NCBI GenBank assembly: GCA_964431235.1
Contig: CAYSJA010000010.1
Coordinates: 1-62,001 of the forward strand
DNA length: 62,001 bases
Origin: an uncultured Gammaproteobacteria bacterium
GTDB taxonomy: Bacteria > Patescibacteriota > Patescibacteriia > Patescibacteriales > UBA12465
Direction of reading: 5' to 3'
The notes beneath the pieces were generated by a model. That model was not told the DNA's origin. It saw nothing but the letters and a program-made list of their open reading frames with translations, and ran no database searches. Shown here one piece after another: positions 16,006 through 26,622 of this stretch. A program made the translations under genes and the position numbers. The stretch's first letter is position 1. Each line of letters starts with the position of its first letter.

Positions 16006-17787
16006 TTATTTAGCCCAAGTTTTTTTAGTTTTTATATACCAACTTGTAATTTGACTGAACCTATCAGCCGGGGTAATAACAGCTTGACCATTAAAACCCT
16101 TTATTTTTTTATTTTGAATATAAGTATAAGTTGGAGAATAAAGAAAAATTGCCGGAACATCGTTTGTTAAAATATCTTGAAAAAGATAATATTTTTCTAT
16201 TCTCTCTTGCTTAGAACCCGATCCTCTAGCTTCAACTAAAAGTTTGTCAACTTCATTATTTTTATAACTAGAAATATTTAATCCTTGGGAACTAATCTGG
16301 CTTGAATGCCAAAAAGCAAAAACATCAGGATCTCCACCAATTGATTGACCATATAGCAAAACTTCAAATTCTCTATCCTTTATAACATTAAGAGCTTGTT
16401 CTAAAGGAATTATGTTGATTTCTACTTCAACTCCTACCTGCTGCCAATAATCTTTAACTCTTTCGGCTACTAATTTATTACCATTTATATCAATGGCTGT
16501 TAACTTTATCTTTAATTTTTTTTCTGACAAAACTGCTTTTGCTTCTTCAAAAATATATCCATTTTTATCTTCCACACCAGAATTATAGGCAAAACTAGTT
16601 TTTAATGTCGGACCCCAAGCAACTTCACAAGATTCACCGTAAACTTTATTAACAAGCTCCTCTTTATTTATTGCCTGGGCTAAAGCTTTTTTAATATCAT
16701 TATTTTGTAGGGTTTTATTATCCAAATTAAAAAATAAACCTACCAACTGCGGTCTTAATAGCTCAAATTTATTTACTGAATCCCGCAACAAAAAATCTGC
16801 TTTATAAGCAAAGGGCAAAACACTTAAACCATCAACATGATTATCGTTAAAACTTTCTATAAGCTCAGTATAATTATTAAAAAAGCGAAAATTTAAATTC
16901 TCTATAAATGGTTTCTTAGCATAATATTCTTTATTAGCTTCCAACTGATACTCCTTTAAATCACCATTTTTATTTTTAAGCAAAGATTTAAATTTATAAG
17001 GACCAGACCCAATTGGCTTTAAATTAAAATCATTCAGAGTAATTGCTTCTGGACTTATTCCTTCCCAAATCTTTTTAGGCATAATGCCAAAAGTTAACAT
17101 TTCTAAAAAAGGAGCATAAGGCTCAGGCAAAATAAATTTAATTGTTCTTTCATCTACTTTTTCAATATTTATTCCTGATAATTCTGATCGCAAGGGAGAG
17201 TTATAACTTTCATTTTGGATGAGATTAAAAGTAAAAATAACATCATCACTAGTTAAAATACTACCATTATGCCATTTAACACCATCTTTTATGGTTATTT
17301 TATACTCCTTGTTATCTGCAAAAATCTCATAATCATCAACTAAGTCAAAGACTAGCTCCCCTGAATCGCTATAAGCGAATAGACTAGAATAAATCAGACG
17401 GTTTAAATCATTGTCAACATCCCTACCGGAGGCATAAAGCGGATTAATGGCTTTAGGGTAGCCAACAACTCCTTCAATATAAGTTCCGCCAAAAACCGGA
17501 ACACTTTCAAAATAACGATTAAAAAAGATTATTCCTAAATAAACCGCGTTTATTAAAAAAATTACTAGACAGATTTTTAAAACTAGACTCTCTTTTGGAC
17601 TCAAAAATTTATTTAAATATTTAAATTGCCGGCTATTTGGAATTTTACGAGGCGACAAGGAATAAACTAATTTTTTATCTATATCTATCTGGTTTAAACG
17701 CCCGGATGTTTTAGAAAATAAAAAAAGGCCTAAAGACTGTTTAGTTTTTCTAAAAAAAGAAAAAATTTTATTTTTAAGTGAAGACAC
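16006..17787 (-). CDS. Peptide ABC transporter substrate-binding protein (family 5)
   Basis: TM anchor, KWHNG..LTSDDV.FT, PIGSGPYKF, DVPAIFLY. Confidence 0.88.
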   Translation of the reverse strand: MSSLKNKIFSFFRKTKQSLGLFLFSKTSGRLNQIDIDKKLVYSLSPRKIPNSRQFKYLNKFLSPKESLVLKICLVIFLINAVYLGIIFFNRYFESVPVFGGTYIEGVVGYPKAINPLYASGRDVDNDLNRLIYSSLFAYSDSGELVFDLVDDYEIFADNKEYKITIKDGVKWHNGSILTSDDVIFTFNLIQNESYNSPLRSELSGINIEKVDERTIKFILPEPYAPFLEMLTFGIMPKKIWEGISPEAITLNDFNLKPIGSGPYKFKSLLKNKNGDLKEYQLEANKEYYAKKPFIENLNFRFFNNYTELIESFNDNHVDGLSVLPFAYKADFLLRDSVNKFELLRPQLVGLFFNLDNKTLQNNDIKKALAQAINKEELVNKVYGESCEVAWGPTLKTSFAYNSGVEDKNGYIFEEAKAVLSEKKLKIKLTAIDINGNKLVAERVKDYWQQVGVEVEINIIPLEQALNVIKDREFEVLLYGQSIGGDPDVFAFWHSSQISSQGLNISSYKNNEVDKLLVEARGSGSKQERIEKYYLFQDILTNDVPAIFLYSPTYTYIQNKKIKGFNGQAVITPADRFSQITSWYIKTKKTWAK

Positions 17788-17793
17788 AATAAC

Positions 17794-18018
17794 TTAAACT
17801 TTTATCCAAAAAGCTGCTAATGACAATAAAACAAAAATTATAGCTAAAATTATAGTAAAAACGAATAATTTTTTTTCAAATCCTCTTTTAGTTAAATAGA
17901 CTCCGCCGCCACCGCCACCAAAGACACCACCAACTCCCGCTCCTCTATTTTGTAGTAGAATAACAACCATTAATAGAATGGCTATTATTATTTGTGTTAT
18001 TTTCAACCAGAAAACCAT
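17794..18018 (-). CDS. secG: Preprotein translocase subunit SecG
   Basis: ILLQ.RGAG.GG.FGG, RG.EK.L...T; two TM segments. Confidence 0.92.
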   Translation of the reverse strand: MVFWLKITQIIIAILLMVVILLQNRGAGVGGVFGGGGGGVYLTKRGFEKKLFVFTIILAIIFVLLSLAAFWIKV

Positions 18019-18019
18019 A

Positions 18020-18364
18020 TTATTTTACCTTATTTAAAATAGCTTTAAAAACCAATTGGTTATTTTCTGCTAAATCAGCTAAAATTTTACGATCAAGAGC
18101 AATGTTATTCTCTTTTAAAGCATTGATAAAACGAGAATAAGATAAACCGTTTCCTTTAGTTAAAGCGCCTATCTTTATTTGCCACAAAGCACGCATTGTT
18201 CTTTTCTTCTTACGACGATCAACAAAAGCATGAGCGCCGGCTTTAGTACGGGCCGTTCTAGCTAATTTAATCAAATTCTTACGTCCCCATTTATATCCTT
18301 TAACTGCTTTTAACAATTTTTTTCTTTTTTTTACATGAATAGTACCTCTCTTTACTCTAGGCAT
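18020..18364 (-). CDS. rplT: 50S ribosomal protein L20
   Basis: MPRVKRG, DRR..KR..R.LW, LDRKILADLA. Confidence 0.97.
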   Translation of the reverse strand: MPRVKRGTIHVKKRKKLLKAVKGYKWGRKNLIKLARTARTKAGAHAFVDRRKKKRTMRALWQIKIGALTKGNGLSYSRFINALKENNIALDRKILADLAENNQLVFKAILNKVK

Positions 18365-18375
18365 AAAATAAAATA

Positions 18376-18573
18376 TTAATGATAAGGAGTAATAGCCCTT
18401 ATGGTTTTCTCCAAAGTTTTAGTAACAGGAATATCTTTCCGTTTCCCCCTAGTAGTATTCCCTGATTCTCTAGAATTAAAATGATCTTGACCAGCTTTAC
18501 GTTTTTTTAACTTATTATTAGCAGTTTTTATAAAACGTTTAGCAGTAGCTTTATGGGTTTTTATTTTTGGCAT
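18376..18573 (-). CDS. rpmI: 50S ribosomal protein L35
   Basis: MPKIKTHK..AKRF; position in infC-rpmI-rplT. Confidence 0.96.
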   Translation of the reverse strand: MPKIKTHKATAKRFIKTANNKLKKRKAGQDHFNSRESGNTTRGKRKDIPVTKTLEKTIRAITPYH

Positions 18574-18617
18574 AAATACAGATTAAAAAAACAGGTAATA
18601 ACCTGAGTGTTAGATTT

Positions 18618-19175
18618 TTACTTTTTGTTTATCAATATAATAGTAAATCTTCCACCCTGTTTTGTCAAGGGCTGTTCAATCTCGGTATTAATATCCTCCT
18701 TAGCTTGAAGCTCGGCCACAAAATTATTGATAATCTCCGCTGCTTTCCTAGGGTGTTGCCTCTCTCTTCCTTTTAAAATAAGCTCTATTTTAATCTTATT
18801 ATCTTTGGATAAAAATTTTTCCGCCTGAGACAAGCGCATTTCTAGATCATGGCTACTAATTCTAAAAGATAAACGGATATTCTTTATATCCACTTTTTTC
18901 TGTTGCATTTTTTGCTTATGAACCAACTTATCTCTTTCATACTTAAGTTGCCCTAAATTAACAATTTTGGCTACCGGAGGATTAGCTTTAGGATTAACCT
19001 CCACTAAATCAAGATCTGCTTCCTTAGCTCGCTCCAAAGCATCAGATAAGGAAACTTTGCCAATCGCCTCTTCATTCTCATCAATCAAAAAAACTTCTTC
19101 TGCTTTTATTTGATGATTAGCTTTAAAAACAGGCTCTTCTTTTTTTCTTTCAAAACGATGAAATTTAATGCGCAT
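18618..19175 (-). CDS. infC: Translation initiation factor IF-3
   Basis: N..I.A.EV.LID, LDLVEV.P.A.PPVAKI, GRE. Confidence 0.96.
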   Translation of the reverse strand: MRIKFHRFERKKEEPVFKANHQIKAEEVFLIDENEEAIGKVSLSDALERAKEADLDLVEVNPKANPPVAKIVNLGQLKYERDKLVHKQKMQQKKVDIKNIRLSFRISSHDLEMRLSQAEKFLSKDNKIKIELILKGRERQHPRKAAEIINNFVAELQAKEDINTEIEQPLTKQGGRFTIILINKK

Positions 19176-19771
19176 CTCTTTCTCTATTTAACTATTAATT
19201 ATTAACGACTATTAATATCTTTATATCGCAGAAAGGGCTAAAAGTCAAATAAAAAATAGTTAGAAAAAACAATTTCTTATACTCTTGACAGACTTCTTTT
19301 ATTAATATAAAATATGGTTATAAAAATAAAAACGGAATAATGTTACGAAAAACAAGATAATTTTTTATCTCTGTTTTTTTCTGTCTTTATAGAACATTAA
19401 CAAAAAAATATAAAACAATCATGGTGATGGTTAATTTTGATGCTAATTGGCATCAATTCTAAACATAAATTTTATCCGTTTTTTAAACGGAATCTCAATA
19501 TTGAATTTAAATTTTTATTTAAATTCTTGTATAGAGTCAATCAAATTTTCAAAGAGTTTGATCCTGGCTCAGGATAAACGCTGGCGGCGTGTCTAAGGCA
19601 TGCAAGTCGAATGTCTGTAGCAATACAGGCATGGCAAACGGGAGAGTAACACATTGGTAATTTACCCCTAAGACGAGGATAACCTTGCGAAAGTGAGGAT
19701 AATACTCGATGGTATTAAAAAGCTTATGCTTTTTAATTAAAGCTCCGGCGCTTAGGGAGAAGCCTATGGCT

Positions 19772-19807
<36 letters not shown>

Positions 19808-20394
19808 TACGACGAGTATGGGGTGCGAGAGCATGGCCCCACTCACTGGGACTGAGACACTGCCCAGACTCCTACGGGAGGCTGCAGTCAAGAATCTTCC
19901 TCAATGGGCGAAAGCCTGAAGGAGCGACGCCGCGTGCATGAAGAAGCTCTTCGGAGTGTAAAATGCTTTTATCAGGGACGAAACAATGACGGTACCTGAT
20001 GAATAAGGGGCTGCTAACCTCGTGCCAGCAGCAGCGGTAATACGAGGGCCCCAAGCGTTATCCGGATTTATTGGGCGTAAAGCGTCCCTAGGTGGTTTGT
20101 CACATCTCCTGTTAAATCTCGAGACTCAATCTCAAGCCAGCGGGAGAGATGGACAAACTAGAGGCTGGAAGAGGCAAACGGAATTGCTGGTGTAGGGGTT
20201 AAATCCATTAATATCAGCAAGAACATCAAATGCGAAGGCAGTTTGCTAGGACAGTCCTAACACTCAATGGACGAAAGCGTGGGGAGCGAATGGGATTAGA
20301 TACCCCAGTAGTCCACGCCGTAAACGATGGATACTAAACATTGGAAGTATCGACCCTTTCAGTGTTGTTAATTTAAGGTAACCCGTTAAGTATC

Positions 20395-20436
<42 letters not shown>

Positions 20437-20437
20437 A

Positions 20438-20482
<45 letters not shown>

Positions 20483-20562
20483 GTAAGCGAGGAACCTCAC
20501 CAAGGCTTGACATCTAGCTGCAAGATCTGGAAACAGATTCGCCTTCGAGGGTGCTAGACAGA

Positions 20563-20599
<37 letters not shown>

Positions 20600-20899
20600 A
20601 CCGTTAAGTCGGGAAACGAGCGCAACCCTGATTCTATGTTTTACATGTCATAGGAGACTGCCCGTTTTAAATGGGAGGAAGGTGGGATGACGTCAAATCA
20701 GCATGGTTCTTACGCCTTGGGCAACACACGTGCTACAATGGGAGGTACAGAGGGAAGCCAAATCGCAAGGTGGAGCCAATCCCTTAAAACCTTTCTCAGT
20801 TCGGATTGAAGGCTGCAATTCGCCTTCATGAAGCTGGAATCGCTAGTAATCGTGGATCAGCTACGCCACGGTGAATACGTTCTCGGGTTTTGTACTCAC

Positions 20900-21619
20900 A
20901 ATATCCGCGCCGGGCAGATTAATTTACCAAACGGTTAAAATCCGTTCCTCCTTTTTGTCTATTAAGGAGCGTAGTTAAGAGATAGTCAATTTCCGCGAGG
21001 AGATTGGCGGAGGATCTCAAAACAAACAGCAGCCTGAAGATATAAAACGAAGAATCGACCTTTGACAGGGTGGTGAGCATTGGGAAGATTCATTAAAAAT
21101 TCGTTTCAGGATGTCGGGAAAGGAAAATTAATTTACCCCGGGAGATCTGATGCAACGATTTCATTAAATTTACTTTAATGATATAACTAAACTAACGCTG
21201 CGTCAGAAGTCAGCTAATTCATAGTACTTCGTATTAACGAAGGAAGGAATTACTCTAATGATTATGTTAAACAATGAATACATCACTGGTTTAATTAATG
21301 AAGAAGGTAGTTTTATTATTTATGTAAATAATAGAACTAAAATTTTATCTTAAGTTGGTAAGTGAAGATAAAAATAAATACCGAAACCATAAAAACTATT
21401 ATCACTACGAAGCAACAAAAAGAAAGGATTTACAAAAAGTAATCATCCCTTTCTTCAAAAGCAATCCGGTGAAATTCACAAGCAAGCAAAGAGCACTTAA
21501 CATCGTCTGGTTTAGCAAAATTATATCGGCTAAAACAGAGTATGCATTAGAGCTCGCTCAGTGCGGGAAATCCGCTCGCTGAGTGGGAACATCAATTCTT
21601 AAGTTTATAAGAAGATAAT
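20900..21619 (+). mobile_element. Group II-like intron in 16S rRNA (~E. coli position 1399)
   Basis: Splits TGTACTCAC|CGCCCGTCA; domain V CGCTCAGTGCGG-GAAAT-CCGC-TC-GCTGAGTG (21555-21585); short D6; ends in AT. Confidence 0.8.
21264..21500 (+). pseudogene. Decayed LAGLIDADG homing endonuclease
   Basis: MLNNEYITGLINEEGSF (LAGLIDADG helix), stop at 21351-21353, then IIPFFKSNPVKFTSKQ in another frame. Confidence 0.8.
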
Positions 21620-22010
21620 CGCCCGTCACGTCAAGGGAGTTGGTAGTGCCCGAAGGCTCACTTTTGTGGGACGAAGGCAAGACTGATGACAGGGACGAAG
21701 TCGTAACAAGGCATCCGTAGCGGAAGCTGTGGATGGATCACCTCCTTTCTAGGGAGTATTTCTTCTTTTCCACGTGGAAAGAAGAAATGGTCGCCTCCAA
21801 CATCGTGTTGGAGTGGCTATATTCTTCGGAATTATAGCAAAAAGAATTGATGCCAATTAGACTCAAAATTTCTCATGATTTACCACATAAAAACCGTTAT
21901 AAGCGGTTTTTTGTTTATAAACTTGGCATTGAATTAACAAAAAAACAAGGAGGACCTAAATCCCCCTTTTTAAATAGTAAAATAAAGTATTTTATAAAAA
22001 TTAAATAAAC

Positions 22011-23000
22011 TTAGTTTATTCCAATAATCCTTTTCACTTCATCTAATTTTTTATCAGCTATTTTCTTGGCTCTCTTCCGACCTTCTTCCAATATCACCAT
22101 TACTTCGTCATCACTAATAGCTCTATATTTTTCCTGAAATTTTTCTAAAAATTCCCCTATTACTTTTGCTAAATCTTTCTTAAATTCGCTATAGCCCTTA
22201 CCGTTATAATCTTTTACCAAACGCGGAATCTCTCTGTTGCCTAACTGAGCATAAATAGTTAAAAGATTACTGATGGCCGGCTTGTTTTTTAAATCATAAA
22301 CTATTTCCGAACCAGAATCAGTCACTGCTTTTATAATTTTTATCTCAGCAATCTCTACATCCTCTAATAAAGTGATAACATTATTGTGATTAAGATCACT
22401 TTTGCTCATTTTTTTTGATGGGTCGAGCAATGACATAATTTTAGCACCTTCTTTCTTTATAATTACCTGCGGAACCCTAAAAAAATCCCCGAATTCATGA
22501 TTAAACCTCTTGGCAATCTCTCGCGCCAGCTCAACATGTTGTTTTTGATCTTCACCTACCGGCACTACTTCTGTATCATATAGCAATATATCGGCCGCCA
22601 TGAGAACAGGATAATCATATAAACCAGCACTAACCGACTCCTGATTTTTACCGGCCTTGTCTTTGAATTGTGTCATTTTATTTAAATCAGCAATCCGAGC
22701 GCCATAACAATTAAAAATCCAAGCTAATTCTGTATGGGCACTGACTGTTGACTGTTGGAAAATAATGGTTTTTTCAGGGTCAACGCCAGCGGCTAAATAT
22801 ATCTTAGCCACTTCTTTTATCCGTTCTTTTAGTTTATTCGGATCCTGCCTAACAGTGATGGCATGATAATCAACAATAGAAAAAATGCATCTGTATTCTT
22901 CTTGCATTTTAATCCACTGTGAAATAGCGCCAATATAATTGGCAATATTTAACTGACCACTAGGTTGAATACCAGAAAAAATTATTTTTTTATTGTTCAT
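22011..23000 (-). CDS. trpS: Tryptophan--tRNA ligase
   Basis: FSGIQPSG, YPVLMAADILLY, VPVGEDQ.QH, KMSKS. Confidence 0.97.
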   Translation of the reverse strand: MNNKKIIFSGIQPSGQLNIANYIGAISQWIKMQEEYRCIFSIVDYHAITVRQDPNKLKERIKEVAKIYLAAGVDPEKTIIFQQSTVSAHTELAWIFNCYGARIADLNKMTQFKDKAGKNQESVSAGLYDYPVLMAADILLYDTEVVPVGEDQKQHVELAREIAKRFNHEFGDFFRVPQVIIKKEGAKIMSLLDPSKKMSKSDLNHNNVITLLEDVEIAEIKIIKAVTDSGSEIVYDLKNKPAISNLLTIYAQLGNREIPRLVKDYNGKGYSEFKKDLAKVIGEFLEKFQEKYRAISDDEVMVILEEGRKRAKKIADKKLDEVKRIIGIN

Positions 23001-23109
23001 ATAATTACTTTTAATATTATTATATTACTGTAAAAATGAATTAAAAGCAATTTTAAAAAAACCTCGGTTAAAATAAACCAAGGTAATTTGATAAAATCAA
23101 TAAAGAACT

Positions 23110-23300
23110 AAATTGAAATAAAGAGTGAGAAAAAGCAAAAAACTTTTTTTGGGCGCGACCAAAATGCAACCGTTTCCCTATTATCTAACAATTAAGTTTA
23201 GCTGGACCACGCTATATCCACTCGTAATCGGGATTCTTGCAGTTTCCTTGCTTTCCTCACCCAACTCTCGAGCGTGCAATTAATAAAATTTCAAGAGTAA
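23110..23300 (-). ncRNA. Candidate structured ncRNA, possibly 6S-like
   Basis: Long stem 23241-23262 / 23123-23144 with G-U pairs on the minus strand; outer TTGAAAT/ATTTCAA pairing; CTGACA..TAATAT promoter at ~23337-23310; terminator at ~23056-23090. Confidence 0.5.
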
Positions 23301-23438
23301 TTTCCTATTATATTAATACTTTAAAATTTTTTGTCAGATTAAAATTTTAAAGTAAAAAATTATCTAAAATCAGCTTGAAATATTCCGATTTTATGGTAAT
23401 ATAAAAATAAGTTCCCTAGCGAACTATTTTTATTGTAT

Positions 23439-23509
23439 CGGGCTGTAGTATAATGGTAGTACGCGTGCATGGGGTGCATGTAGCCCCGGTCCGATTCCGG
23501 GCAGCCCGA
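23439..23509 (+). tRNA. tRNA-Pro(GGG)
   Basis: CGGGCTG acceptor; CGTGC-AT-GGG-GT-GCATG; T-loop TCCGATT. Confidence 0.93.
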
Positions 23510-23536
23510 CATACTTTACCTCTATTTCTGCAGAAG

Positions 23537-23609
23537 GGGCTTGTAGCTCAGCTGGTAGAGCGCCGCCTTCGCATGGCGGAGGTAAGGGGTTCGAGTCCCC
23601 TCAAGTCCA
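23537..23609 (+). tRNA. tRNA-Ala(CGC)
   Basis: CCGCC-TT-CGC-AT-GGCGG; G3:U70. Confidence 0.95.
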
Positions 23610-23647
23610 CTAAACTTCTTAATTGATTAAAAAAAGAAGTAATGGTC

Positions 23648-23719
23648 CGGGCTGTGGTATAAAGGCTATTATACACGCTTCGGGTGCGTGTGATCCCGGT
23701 CCGATTCCGGGCAGCCCGA
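23648..23719 (+). tRNA. tRNA-Pro(CGG)
   Basis: CACGC-TT-CGG-GT-GCGTG; T-loop TCCGATT. Confidence 0.93.
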
Positions 23720-23734
23720 CTCTTATTATTTACT

Positions 23735-25222
23735 ATGATAGACTTCAAGAAAAAAATGGAAGAAATAGAAAAACAGGAAGCTAAAGAAAATTTTAACGAA
23801 GAATTTTTTGACGGCATCCAACCTAACAAAAAAAAGAAAAGAATAATTTTCTACATAATTACTTTTATAGTAATTACTTTAATCTTTTCCGGAAAAGTTA
23901 TTATGTCCAGCCAAAGCACGGTAGACTGGTTAACAGAAAAAGGATTTTTTAATACCTTAAAACACCTAGTTCCTAGTAGTGATAGGGAACTAATAGGAGA
24001 AAACGAAGATCGAATAAATATTCTACTTTTAGGCATGGGTGGGGAAGGACATGATGGTGCTTATTTAACTGATACTATTATAATCGCTAGCTTAAAACCT
24101 TCGGTAAAACAAGCCGCTCTCATCTCTATTCCTCGGGACCTAGTTGTCCCTATAGAAGGAAATGGTTGGAGAAAAATAAATCATATCAATGCCTTAGCTG
24201 AAGTTCAAGAAGAAAAAAGCGGAGGGAGTAAAACTATGGAAGCGTTAAGTAGCGTTTTTCAAATACCTATCCACTATTATATCAGAGCTGATTTTCAAGG
24301 CTTTATAAATATTATAAATGAAATCGGCGGTATAGAAATCTATGTTGAGAATACCTTAGACGATTACTCTTATCCCATCTTCGGGGAAGAGGATAATCCT
24401 AATTATTACGCTCGTTTTGAGCATTTGCATATTGAAAAAGGCTGGCAGAGAATGGATGGTGAGTTAGCTTTAAAATATACCAGAAGCAGGCATGCTTATG
24501 GCTTGGAAGGATCTGATTTTGCTCGAGCTAAACGCCAACAAATCGTGCTTGAAGCAATTAAAAACAAGCTTCTCTCCCGTCAAACATTACTAAATCCGGT
24601 TACTATAAGCAATTTAATAACCGAATTTAATCGTCATATTTCAACTGATCTTGAAGCTTGGGAAATGATAAAATTATGGAATCTATTTAAAAATATTAAA
24701 AAAGAAGAGGTAATAAATCAAGTATTAAGCGATGCTCCGAATGGATTACTTAAATCTTCAATCAGTGAAGAAGGCGCTTATATCCTTACCCCCACTTCTG
24801 GTAATTTTGGGGAAATACGAAAATTGTTTCAAAATATTTTAGAAAACAATGACAAAAAATATAATCAAGAAGAAGAAAATGAGAAGGAAAGCTCATTGGA
24901 AATAACCTTAATAGAGCCAGCTAATATAATTGTTAAAAATGGCACTTGGATAAACGGTCTAGCCAGTGAAACTGCCTCCCGGCTGGAAAAATATGACTTA
25001 ACAATTTTAGATATTAGCAATGCTCAAGAAAGAGATCAACAAGAATCTATTATTTTTGATTTGACTTACGGCAATAAAAATGAGGCCTTAATGGCTTTAG
25101 AAAAAATTACCGGAGCAGAACAAAATTTTGCTTTTCCTGACTGGATAAAAGATTATCAAAATCAAGAGGAAACAGTTGATTTCATCCTGCTCTTAGGAAC
25201 CGATGCTAATAATGAAAATTAA
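23735..25222 (+). CDS. LCP (LytR-CpsA-Psr) family protein with LytR_C domain
   Basis: TM, NILLLG, TDTII, SIPRDL, RSRH, DFARAKRQQ, V.NGT..GLA; start moved downstream of tRNA-Pro. Confidence 0.92.
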   Translation: MIDFKKKMEEIEKQEAKENFNEEFFDGIQPNKKKKRIIFYIITFIVITLIFSGKVIMSSQSTVDWLTEKGFFNTLKHLVPSSDRELIGENEDRINILLLGMGGEGHDGAYLTDTIIIASLKPSVKQAALISIPRDLVVPIEGNGWRKINHINALAEVQEEKSGGSKTMEALSSVFQIPIHYYIRADFQGFINIINEIGGIEIYVENTLDDYSYPIFGEEDNPNYYARFEHLHIEKGWQRMDGELALKYTRSRHAYGLEGSDFARAKRQQIVLEAIKNKLLSRQTLLNPVTISNLITEFNRHISTDLEAWEMIKLWNLFKNIKKEEVINQVLSDAPNGLLKSSISEEGAYILTPTSGNFGEIRKLFQNILENNDKKYNQEEENEKESSLEITLIEPANIIVKNGTWINGLASETASRLEKYDLTILDISNAQERDQQESIIFDLTYGNKNEALMALEKITGAEQNFAFPDWIKDYQNQEETVDFILLLGTDANNEN

Positions 25223-25223
25223 T

Positions 25224-26621
25224 ATGGAAAAAACAAATAACAATCTACCTTTAGTAGTAATCTGCGGACGTACTAACGTTGGCAAATCAACTTTATTCAA
25301 CTGCCTAATTGAAAAAAATCAAGCTTTGATATCTGATATTGCCGGCACAACTAGAGATAGTAATATAGGCCTGGTAAAATGGTCAAACAGTACTTTTGAA
25401 TTAATAGATACTGCCGGTCTTCTTGATGATTATTATTTAACAAATAAAAAAATTGTTGGTTTAGATATAGATTCAAAAACACAAAAACAAGCCAGGGATT
25501 ATCTTGATAAAGCTAACTTAATAATTTTTCTGGTTGATACTAAAGCCGGTTTGATGCCTGAAGATACTAAGCTGGCAAAAGCTATTAAAAAAATAGAAAA
25601 ATACAAAGAAAAAACTATATTAGTAGCTAATAAGGTTGATAGTTTGAATCTTGTTCCTGAAACAGCACAATTCAACAAATTAGGTTTAGGTGAACCATTT
25701 TTAGTGTCAGCGGCCAGCGGATCACGAACTGGGGACCTGCTTGAAAAAATTATTAATTTTTTAGGAAAAAGCTTAGAAAACAAAAAGGAAGAAAGAGAAT
25801 TAAATAATAATACTATAAAAGTCTGCCTCTTAGGAAAGCCAAATGTCGGAAAATCCTCTTTGTTAAACTCTATTTTAGGTTATGATCGAGTTATTGTCAG
25901 TCCAATAGCCCATACCACTAGAGAGCCGCAACATACAGATATAATCTACCAGAAAATTCATATTCGCTTAATTGATACTGCTGGTATTTCTAAAAAAGGC
26001 CAAAAAACCAAGGGTTTGGAAAAACCAGGAATATTAAAATCTTTAAAATTTTTAGATAAATCTGATATTGCTCTTTTAATTTTAGATATCAGCGAACTTC
26101 TTACTCACCAAGACTCAAAACTAGTTGAAGAAATAACCAATAGAAAAAAGGGGCTTATATTCATCGCTAATAAATGGGATAAAGTAGAAGAGAGAAATAC
26201 AAAAAAATGGACTCAATATTTATATGATAAAATGCCTTTTGCTACCTGGGCCCCCTTACAATTTATTTCTGCTAAAACCGGAGAAAAAGTACATAAAATA
26301 ATGGATACAATATTAAAAGTGGCTGAGAATAGAAAATTGGAAATAAGCGATTCCCAAGCGGATAAATTCCTTAAAAAAGTAGTTAAAATTCATAAACCGG
26401 CTAAAGGTAAGGGGATCAAACCACCAAGAATATACGAATTTCGCCAAATAAAAACAAATCCTCCGGCTTTTATTTTAAGAATAGGTCCTAATGATAATCT
26501 GCATTTCTCCTACGTTCGATTCATGGAAAACCGTTTGCGAGAAAAATTTAATCTTTTAGGAACACCAATAAAGATAACAGTTACTCAGAATAAAAAATCA
26601 CATACTACTTATTCTCAATAA
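25224..26621 (+). CDS. der: Ribosome biogenesis GTPase Der
   Basis: Two G domains (GRTNVGKS, DTAG, NKVD; GKPNVGKS, DTAG, NKWD) plus KH-like C-terminus. Confidence 0.96.
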   Translation: MEKTNNNLPLVVICGRTNVGKSTLFNCLIEKNQALISDIAGTTRDSNIGLVKWSNSTFELIDTAGLLDDYYLTNKKIVGLDIDSKTQKQARDYLDKANLIIFLVDTKAGLMPEDTKLAKAIKKIEKYKEKTILVANKVDSLNLVPETAQFNKLGLGEPFLVSAASGSRTGDLLEKIINFLGKSLENKKEERELNNNTIKVCLLGKPNVGKSSLLNSILGYDRVIVSPIAHTTREPQHTDIIYQKIHIRLIDTAGISKKGQKTKGLEKPGILKSLKFLDKSDIALLILDISELLTHQDSKLVEEITNRKKGLIFIANKWDKVEERNTKKWTQYLYDKMPFATWAPLQFISAKTGEKVHKIMDTILKVAENRKLEISDSQADKFLKKVVKIHKPAKGKGIKPPRIYEFRQIKTNPPAFILRIGPNDNLHFSYVRFMENRLREKFNLLGTPIKITVTQNKKSHTTYSQ

Positions 26622-26622
26622 T

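Noticed and set aside
19872-20054. 60-aa ORF on the minus strand
   Set aside because: Antisense to 16S rRNA.
21355-21582. 75-aa ORF as an intact gene
   Set aside because: It is the frameshifted second fragment of the LAGLIDADG pseudogene and runs into intron domain V.
23110-23300. T-box leader for trpS
   Set aside because: No GGTGGNACC T-box or specifier-loop motifs recognisable.
23548-23829. 93-aa ORF and the 5' extension of the LCP ORF (23684)
   Set aside because: Both overlap tRNA-Ala/tRNA-Pro genes.
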